Made by a program: the position numbers and the translations under genes. The notes below the pieces were generated by a model. That model was not told where the DNA came from, made no database searches, and was given only the letters and a program-made list of their open reading frames with translations. Below are positions 23,894-32,824 of a DNA stretch of 32,824 nucleotides, one piece after another. The stretch's first letter is position 1; each line of letters begins with the position of its first letter. This DNA comes from Octopus bimaculoides (taxonomy: Eukaryota): contig NC_068991.1 of the NCBI RefSeq assembly GCF_001194135.2, forward strand, positions 19,893,005 to 19,925,828. Reading direction: 5' to 3'.

Positions 23894-24572
23894 GTTTAGT
23901 CCTAAGCCACCACTGATTTAGCTGACTTACGTTCGAAAGCGTTCCCCCTATGACCATCTCATCACTATTTCAGTCATAGTATTTTTAGGAATGTGGAGGC
24001 GCAATGGCTCAGTGGTTAGGGCAGCGGACTCGCGGTCATAGGATCGCGGTTTCAATTCCCAGACCGGGCGTTGTGAGTGTTTATTGAGCGAAAACACCTA
24101 AACCTCCACGAGGCTCCGGCAGGGGATGGTGGCGAACCCTGCTGTACTCTTTCACCACAACTTTCTCTCACTCTTACTTCCTGTTTCTGCTGTGCCTGTA
24201 ATTCAAAGGGTCAGACTTGTCACACTGTGTCACGCTGAATATCCCCGAGAACTACGTTAAGGGCACACATGTCTGTGGAGTGCTCAGCCACTTGCACGTT
24301 AATTTCAGGAGCAGGCTGTTCCGTTGATCGGATCAACTGGAACCCTCGACGTCGTAAGCGACGGAGTGCCAACAACAACAATATTTAGGAATACATTATT
24401 AAATGTTGTCTCAACACTTCCAACACCATCAAGCAACGCGTCATTCGACCTGCAAGAAATAGCAACCAAATTTCACTACAATCCAACAGTGCTTTCATGA
24501 TAAAGGTAAGACCATATTGGCTAATGCAGTTTTACATATCCCTAAAAGGATGGTCATGATCGGAATACCTTT
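23894..24572. mobile_element. Possible old inverted-repeat (MITE-like) element interrupted by SINE A
   Basis: AAAGCGTTCCCCCTATGACCATC (23936-23958) is an imperfect inverted repeat of GATGGTCATGATCGGAATACCTTT (24549-24572). The left end resembles 11230-11275. Confidence 0.35.
23993..24380 (+). mobile_element. tRNA-derived SINE, group A, full length with target-site duplication
   Basis: A box TGGCTCAGTGGTTAGGGC, B box GGTTTCAATTCCC and tail (AAC)n. TSD is ATTTTTAGGAAT (23981-23992) versus ATATTTAGGAAT (24381-24392), 11 of 12 identical. Confidence 0.96.
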
Positions 24573-24609
24573 GCTTTTAGGCGTCTTCAATGACGGTTGC
24601 GCAAGAAAT

Positions 24610-24687
24610 ATACAACAATAACAACAAAATCAACTACTACTACCATTACTACTGCTACTACTCCTGCTGCTGCTGCTGCTGCTGCTG

Positions 24688-24747
<60 letters not shown>

Positions 24748-24920
24748 TTATATCATCATTATCATTAGTAGCAGCAGTATTGTTTTCATCATCGTCGTCA
24801 TTGTTATCCTTATCACCATCATCATCATCACCATCAGTAGCAGCAGCGGCAGCAACAATAATAATAATAACAACAACAACAACAACAACAAAAACAACAA
24901 CAACAAAAGCAATAAGTAAA
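24610..24920. repeat. Compound ACT/GCT/ATC/AAC trinucleotide array
   Basis: Direct inspection. Confidence 0.92.
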
Positions 24921-25525
24921 ACAGCGATATCAGCAGCAGAATTCTATAAGATTTTCGCACAGATGAAATTCTAATAAATAAATGGATTATCTCTATTGCT
25001 ACTACTACTACGATACGACCGTCCAATCATCCATTAAACAATCCGTCAAACAATCCACCCGCCCATCAAGCAATTTTACCAATCCATCTACGGATGCTTA
25101 ACAATTTATAGCCCCACACTTCCACCGAACGATTTATCCATCAAAGAGCAGCTGAAACAGTTCTTGAAACAATCCACCTACCCTCTCACCACCCATCCAA
25201 ACAACTAACCATCTAGCCAACCATCCAACCAACCAACCAACCAGCCGGCCAGCTAGAAATCAACTATACAGCTACCCATCTAACCACCACTCATCAAACT
25301 GCCCAAACTTCCGTCAATCAAACCATCCATCCGTTCATAAAATCGAACCATTTTGCCAACTGCCCGTTGTACTATCAATTCATCTATCCACTCGTGTGTT
25401 CATTTATTCATTCGTCGGTCTAACTATCCGACCCGACATCTATTTCATCCATCAAACCATCTAACCATTCATCTATTTATACAACCATCCACTCATCCAT
25501 TTAGTGAGCCAGCTATTCAGTTATG

Positions 25526-25605
25526 TATCCACGCGTCCATCTATCCACGCATCCATCTATCCACGCATCCATCTATCCACGCATCCATCTATCTCCGCAT
25601 CCATT
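25526..25605. repeat. 16-bp minisatellite, TATCCACGCATCCATC x5, inside a degenerate CCAT region (about 25020-25900)
   Basis: Five units read directly, with substitutions in units 1 and 5. Confidence 0.9.
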
Positions 25606-26871
25606 TATTCGTCCATTCAACCAACCAACCATTGCACCATCCATTTATCCATTTAGCCATTCATCCACCCAGCCGGCCAACCATCCATTAAACCATCAAA
25701 CCATTTAACCATCATTCCACCTATTCAACTTTCCATCACATTTAACTCGCCAGCCTTCAAACAAACAAAAAAAACTATAGTCACAGCCATCCAAACAACA
25801 AACAAACAAACAAACTAAGCAGCCTGCCAACCTTCCCGCCCTCCAGCTATTTTTCTTTTCATTCATCCACTGACAGACTGACTAACTGACCGTTCTACAT
25901 CTGACCAGTCTTCAGTAAAACGACGATGACCAATACAACAGCAAAAAAAAAGGATAAATGTAACAAAAACAAATAGAAAAACAATGATTTTGCATCATTA
26001 TTTTCCTTTCTTCTTCTTACTCATCATTTTGTTTCGCATTTTTTGTTTTTTAGCGTTTTTTATTTTATGTTCGCATTTTCTTTATTATCTTTCTGCTAGT
26101 TGTTGTTCTTATAGTAACTGTTGTAAAGAATTACTTCCTGCAAGCTTGCAATGCCTTGACCAAATGGTTGACCATTAAGAATTAACCAAACCTTCAAATG
26201 CAATACTGAAGGAAATTCTTTTTTTTTTTTTGTATGTGTGCGGTTTGAGAGTAGGGGTCAGTTTTTTTTTTATGATATTGTCAGTGTTGCAGTTGTCTTC
26301 ATACTATTACTGCAGTTGCTGCTGTTGGTGTTTGATGTTCTATTATATTTTCAAAGACATTCCCTGTCCCTACCAGCAACTCGACTGAAATCATCATCAC
26401 TATAAATGCTCCCCACTCTCAAGCACTACCTCTCTCTCTCTCTCTCACTTTCGATCTTTCTTCTACCTCTTTCTTGCTCTCCCGTTATTTTTTTAGTAAT
26501 CATTGTATCTGACGCTTTCTTTTCTACATTTTACTTTGCTATATTATTCGTCTTTCTCATTTTTACCGAAAGGGGAGGGAGCAGAATAAAGTGTTTCTCT
26601 TATGTTTATATATATTTTTCATCTTATTGTATTTGTTTTTTTCTCTTTAGCTTCTTTGTTTGTTTGTGTTGTAGTTTTGTATCTTATAATCTTATTACTA
26701 TTAGTATTGTTATTTGCATCGACGTTATTGAATTTTTTTTTTTTTTCTTATTCTTCTTTCAAAAATGGTATAATTTGGTCCACTACGCATCTTCCTATCC
26801 AGCTCAATCCCACCCTTCAATTCATCAATTTTGTCCAGAAGTCCATTTATTACCATTTGCTCCATATTGGA

Positions 26872-26921
<50 letters not shown>

Positions 26922-26949
26922 TGACAACAACAACAACAACAACAACAAC

Positions 26950-26980
<31 letters not shown>

Positions 26981-27009
26981 GTAATAATAATAATAAGAAC
27001 AACAATTAA

Positions 27010-27058
<49 letters not shown>

Positions 27059-27101
27059 GTAATAATAATAACAACAAAAATTAAAATAATAATAATAATA
27101 A

Positions 27102-27132
<31 letters not shown>

Positions 27133-27222
27133 AAGAAGAAGAAGAAGAAAAAGCAGAAGAATGACAACAACAACAACAATAAAAATAATTAGAATAATAA
27201 GATAATAATGTTGATGATGATA

Positions 27223-27256
<34 letters not shown>

Positions 27257-27280
27257 GGAGGAGGAGGAGGAGGAGGAGGA
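26872..27280. repeat. Compound AAT/AAC/AAG/GAT/GAG trinucleotide array
   Basis: Direct inspection. Confidence 0.95.
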
Positions 27281-27809
27281 TAACGAAAAGGGGAGAAAGA
27301 AGAAGAAAGAGAAAAATGATGCGAAAAAGATATCTTTATATTTGACTTTTATGGTGCCTCCTTGTTTCTTTTCTTTCTTAAATTCCTTATCTTACAAAAT
27401 GTTTGTCTGTCTGTTTGTCGGTCAATTTATCCCCACACTCCCTCTCTCTCTCTCTCTCAATTTCATTTTCTTTTTTTGTTTTTATTTTTGTTTTGCTTTT
27501 GTTTTTGTTCTTGTTTTTTTTGCTTTAATACTTTCCCTACTATCTCATCTTTATCTTCGTCTTCATCTTGTTGTCGTCTGCTTTCATCATTATAATACAT
27601 CAGCTAAGTAATTAATTATTTCCTGACCGAATCTATTTGTTGTCGTTGCTATTAATTATTATTATCATTTGTGTTGTTGTTGTTGTTGTTGTTGTTGTTG
27701 CTCTTGTCATTTTATCCTAAACGTCCAGCAAAGCAATGTTTTTTCTTTTTCTCTATTCACCTTATGACTAACACTTTTGAAAAACAAATGCTGCCGGACA
27801 ACGAATACC

Positions 27810-28226
27810 TTCTTACCTACCTACCTACATACATACATACATACATACATACATACATACCTGCCTACTAGCCTACCTGCCTGCTTGCCTACCTATCTAC
27901 CTACCTACCTACCTACCTACCTACATACATACATACATACATACATACAAACATACATACATACATACATACATATATACATACCTACCAACCGACCGAC
28001 CGACCTACCTACCTACCTAAGTATTTATCTACCCATGTATCTACCTGTCAACAAATGCATCTTCCTATTTAGCTGTCTTTCAATCTATCGGTCTATTAAC
28101 CAACTTATATACCTACATACCCGTCTATCAACCTATCTCTCTCTCTATCTATCTATCTATCGATCGATCGGTCTATCTATATTTCAGTGTGTGTGTGTGT
28201 ATGTATGTATATATATATATATATAT
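27810..28226. repeat. TACC/TACA/TATC tetranucleotide arrays
   Basis: Direct inspection. Confidence 0.9.
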
Positions 28227-29898
28227 NNNNNNNNNNNNNNNNNNNNNNNNNNNNNNNNNNNNNNNNNNNNNNNNNNNNNNNNNNNNNNNNNNNNNNNNNN
28301 NNNNNNNNNNNNNNNNNNNNNNNNNNNNNNNNNNNNNNNNNNNNNNNNNNNNNNNNNNNNNNNNNNNNNNNNNNNNNNNNNNNNNNNNNNNNNNNNNNNN
28401 NNNNATATATATAATTTAATAAATGGAGTAATGCGCATATGTTAAATGAATTCTTTTATTTTCGACACATGTTTCGACGCAATGAAAGAGCAAAAATGAA
28501 AAATTCTCTCAAAACACGGACGTAGCTCATTATTCGTTCATTATCGCCCAAAGAATCATTATAATTTCACGCTTTTAATGATAATATTGTTCAGTTTTGG
28601 TAGTGCCATCAACGAGAAGCTGCTGGGAATAGCGAGCGAACGTTGAGAACAATGACGAAAACAGACACAACACAAATGAGAATATACAAGCAAAATAGAT
28701 TTTCAACATACAAACAAAATAAGGTTGTGCGGCTCTAAGACGGGTGAAATATAAGGGTAAAGCAAAGGAAAATGTCCTATAGGACTGGAAATGGAAAAGA
28801 GAATTGGGAAAACAGGTAATAAGAAAAAAGAACAGTGAAGAAAACAAACTGTATGAAAGTAGAGACGAGAGCGAGAGAAACGTGACTGAACGAGTCAACA
28901 GTGAGGCGAAACAGAAATGGAACAGAGAAATGGAAACGGTCACAGGTCACCTGGTAATAAGAGGGGAGGAAAAATTAAAAAGTGCTGGAGGGTAGAGAGA
29001 CAGTAAGTAACAGAGTGTTAAATTGGTGGGAGCTGGTTGGGAGGAGAGAGAGAGAGGAAGAGAAAAGAGAGTAAAATATACAAGGAAGAGAAAAAACGGT
29101 GTCAGACAGAAAGACAGAAAGCGACTGAGAGGTAAGTTAATGAGAGAGGGAACGATGGATAAGTAACAATACGAATGGTGCGTAGCGTTACATCAAATAA
29201 TAAGTTCCATACATTAAACAGAAACACAACAAAGGAAAATTCCCACAAGACGCGAACGTTGCTCATTTCTCGTCAGTTATCGTCCAAAAATTCACTACAA
29301 TTTCTCCACACTCATGATTAAGTCTGCACAGCCAAAACAGCGGTCTTTGATGAAATAACGAATAAACAAACTTAAAGTCCTGAACTTATCTAATTCCGAC
29401 CGTCATTCCATCCCTCATCTCGGTTATTCATCACCCCCAACGCATCACCTATCAGGATAGTGTCACTATTTTCAGAAGCAATTAGCAACAAGGCTTTAAA
29501 TTATAAGCAATATTTCCATGAATTTAGAACAGCCTAGTAACAAAAGTTAAACTACAATCTGTGTGACTTCTGTAAACGAAATATTGTTATAAGATACTGC
29601 GATCAAATGTTCTGCCTCCTTCCTACCCACAAACAATTTGTACAAACTACAAGTTCACAAAAACCATTGCAGCTTGCGAGGAGATACAGATGACAGGCTG
29701 TTTTTTTTTTGTTTTTGTTTTTTAGTTTGCCTTGATCATACTCTGCATCAATTTATATAATAACCTTGTTGATTTTAAATTGCTACTTGCCACTTTGATT
29801 ATCTTATAATTTTCACATTGCCAATTTATGATTAATTTTTGGTATTGCTCGACATTCTTCAATTTCTTTCTCTCTCTCTCTTCCTCTGGTCCTCTCTA

Positions 29899-29959
<61 letters not shown>

Positions 29960-30107
29960 CTCTATCTCTCTATCTATCTATCTATCTCTCTTACACTATC
30001 ACCTTTCTACATTGTAACTTGTCGAAATTAACAGACGGACATATAGTATTTCACATGCATTTCAGATTTCTTCGTCACAAATTTGCGTTTGTTCTGCCTC
30101 CGAGTCA

Positions 30108-30466
<359 letters not shown>

Positions 30467-30527
30467 TATCTATTTATCTATATACCTATCTAAAATCAAA
30501 ATAAGCAACAAGGATATACAGAGGTAA

Positions 30528-30615
30528 TTGCAGTACGATCCTTTCAAGCAACTTCATTTAATTGAACAATGCAATCATTACATCAATTTAAATGCAGAGC
30601 AATTCTCAGCTGCAT
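30528..30615 (-). ncRNA. Degenerate type I hammerhead motif, left arm of the foldback
   Basis: Minus strand reads ATGCAG CTGAGAA [core G8>A] long stem II GAAA GGATC GTA [stem III C>G] CTGCAA. It mirrors 30835-30922 with two core-proximal substitutions. Confidence 0.55.
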
Positions 30616-30834
30616 AAAGACATATAATTTAATTAAATTAAAACAGATGGACACATTAGTATAATTTTTACCTAAAATCTCCAAGACGGTAAGGAGATGG
30701 ACAAAGAACAGTAGCTTCTAAGCTGAAGTGAAGACAGTATGTACTTTGACTATCTCCTTACCTTCTTGGAGATTTTTAGGTAAAATTATACTAATTTGTC
30801 CATCTGGTTTTATTTAATTAAATTCTCTGTCTTT

Positions 30835-30922
30835 ATGCAGCTGAGGATTGCTCTGCATTTAAATTGATGTAATGATTGCATTGTTAAATTAAATGGAGCT
30901 GCTTGAAACGATCGTACTGCAT
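30835..30922 (+). ncRNA. Type I hammerhead ribozyme motif, right arm of the foldback
   Basis: ATGCAG [stem I] CTGAGGA (30841-30847) 57-nt stem II insert GAAAC-GATC-GT [stem III, palindromic ACGATCGT] A [H17, triplet GUA] CTGCAT [perfect 6-bp stem I']. Predicted cleavage at 30916/30917. The base of stem II is poorly paired in this copy. Confidence 0.72.
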
Positions 30923-31085
30923 TAACTTTGGATATCCTTGTTGCTTATTTTGATTTTAATCACATTATTTTGAAATTGTATGGATAATACCGTACTAAAT
31001 TCTGGCGTCTCAACTTAAGTACAATATTCATCTGAATCTAAATTTATATACCTATATAGTGATCTATCTATTTATACACACACAT

Positions 31086-31125
<40 letters not shown>

Positions 31126-31134
31126 GCCCGCGCG

Positions 31135-31167
<33 letters not shown>

Positions 31168-31483
31168 GTACATATATGCAAATATACATGTATATTTATA
31201 CACACATACACATACATACATATGTACATATACATAATATATAATATAAGTACATATATATATGTATGNNNNNNNNNNNNNNNNNNNNNNNNNNNNNNNN
31301 NNNNNNNNNNNNNNNNNNNNNNNNNNNNNNNNNNNNNNNNNNNNNNNNNNNNNNNNNNNNNNNNNNNNNNNNNNNNNNNNNNNNNNNNNNNNNNNNNNNN
31401 NNNNNNNNNNNNNNNNNNNNNNNNNNNNNNNNNNNNNNNNNNNNNNNNNNNNNNNNNNNNNNNNNNNNNNNNNNNNNNNNNNN

Positions 31484-31547
<64 letters not shown>

Positions 31548-31945
31548 CTCTTTTACTTCTCTCAGTTCCTCTTTCTTCACAGCATCACTTCTCTTTCATT
31601 ATCGTTTTTCGCACGATGCTTTCGCGCTATTTTTTGCTTATGACTAAAGCCGTTTTCTAACGTCGTATATATATATATACATATTCAAATGTTAGAATAT
31701 AACTAAATGTTATAATATGAATTTTTAAAAGTCTCCTTTTAAAATATATATATCTCTAGCCACCCTGCACGTTTTTTTTTTCTTTGTTACTTTTCTTTTT
31801 GGAAATAATGGCGTAATAACGCTTTGAGTGAACGACAACATGAAACATTGATTGAACCTCAATATTTTTAGCTATTATTCTAATTAACACAACTTCACGT
31901 ATTGAGTACTTCGCTTTATGTTTGTATAAAGACATGCATAGAAGA

Positions 31946-31980
<35 letters not shown>

Positions 31981-32483
31981 CATAGTCATCGTAACCTCAA
32001 GGGACAACATTATTGGAAAATTTGAAACACTTCAGTACCGACCAATGAAAATTGGAATCTTGTTACATATATATATGAGTATGAGTGCGTGTGTGTGTAT
32101 TTCTGTGTGTGTATGTATGTGCGTTTATGTATGTGTGTGCATGTATGCATGTATAAAGATTGATAGATAGATGGATAAATAGAAGGATGCGTAGTAACAT
32201 ATTCATGCATACATACATTAATATATATATATACACACCTATATAAAGACATGCATGCACATATATATATATATATGCATAACTCTATCTATCCATATAT
32301 CTATCTATCTATCTATCTATCTATATACATATATACATTCACACACACATAGGTACACAGTTATACATACATACATATACATACATGTATACACATATAC
32401 ATAACATTTTTAACATACACATATTATTTTATATTCATTTTCATTGATTGGTTTCTCCAGAAATATTCTTTATGACTACACAC

Positions 32484-32533
<50 letters not shown>

Positions 32534-32780
32534 TTATATATACTAACACCGCTGTATATGTGAACATGCGTGTGAGCATGTGCGTGCGTGCGTCTCAGCC
32601 TACATGCATGTGTGTGTGTGTGTGTGTGTGTGTAATTCTTGACGATCTCTTTTCGCTTATAATTATTCGTCTATTTATTTATTTATCAAATTGTTTATCT
32701 GCTTATCAAATATATTTATGTATTTTATTCCTTCACATATTAAATATAGTTTAATGCATTAACATACATACATACATACA

Positions 32781-32816
<36 letters not shown>

Positions 32817-32824
32817 TATATATA

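Larger units (their letters stand above)
30491..30958. repeat. 468-bp foldback: arms of about 219 bp (30491-30709 and 30741-30958), roughly 90% identical, with a 31-nt spacer
   Basis: TAAAATCAAAATAAGCAACAAGGATAT...GGAGATGGACAAAGAAC is the reverse complement of GTACTTTGACTATCTCC...ATATCCTTGTTGCTTATTTTGATTTTA along its whole length. Confidence 0.97.

Noticed and set aside
23993-24065. tRNA-like A/B boxes here and at other SINE heads
   Set aside because: They are SINE heads continuous with repeated bodies and tails, not tRNA genes.
25526-25605. Regular repeats as a possible CRISPR array
   Set aside because: Tandem units with no spacers in a eukaryotic context and no cas genes.
28450-28490. Minus-strand GAAAC-ATGT-GTC followed by AATAAA, like the 3' half of a minimal hammerhead
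   Set aside because: No CUGANGA or stem I partner upstream.
30491-30958. Simple reading as a Tc1/mariner MITE with TA target duplication
   Set aside because: The terminal TA is compatible with this and it is not excluded, but arms making up over 90% of the element and containing hammerhead motifs are not explained by it.

Overview
Repeat-saturated, AT-rich eukaryotic scaffold with 14 N-gaps (about 6 kb, roughly 18% of the window). The SINE families and microsatellite density suggest a cephalopod, probably Octopus (inference from recollection, not a search). No host gene exon could be supported, and almost all listed ORFs are translated microsatellites or Ns. The recognisable content is retroelement debris: a decayed Neptune-like Penelope-like element (PLE; RT plus GIY-YIG, 5.65-7.03 kb) with a second inverted copy of its 3' end, two R4/Dong-type restriction-like-endonuclease (RLE) LINE ends abutting (AAT)n tracts, CR1/L2- and Tx1/L1-type LINE fragments, and about a dozen tRNA-derived SINE copies from four groups. 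The most interesting signals are RNA-level. A 468-bp foldback (30491-30958) carries one type I hammerhead ribozyme (HHR) motif per arm, so one on each strand. A separate type I hammerhead (23342-23396, minus strand) lies inside a 346-bp direct-repeat unit, a retrozyme-like layout. All identities and folds were read by eye and are approximate.
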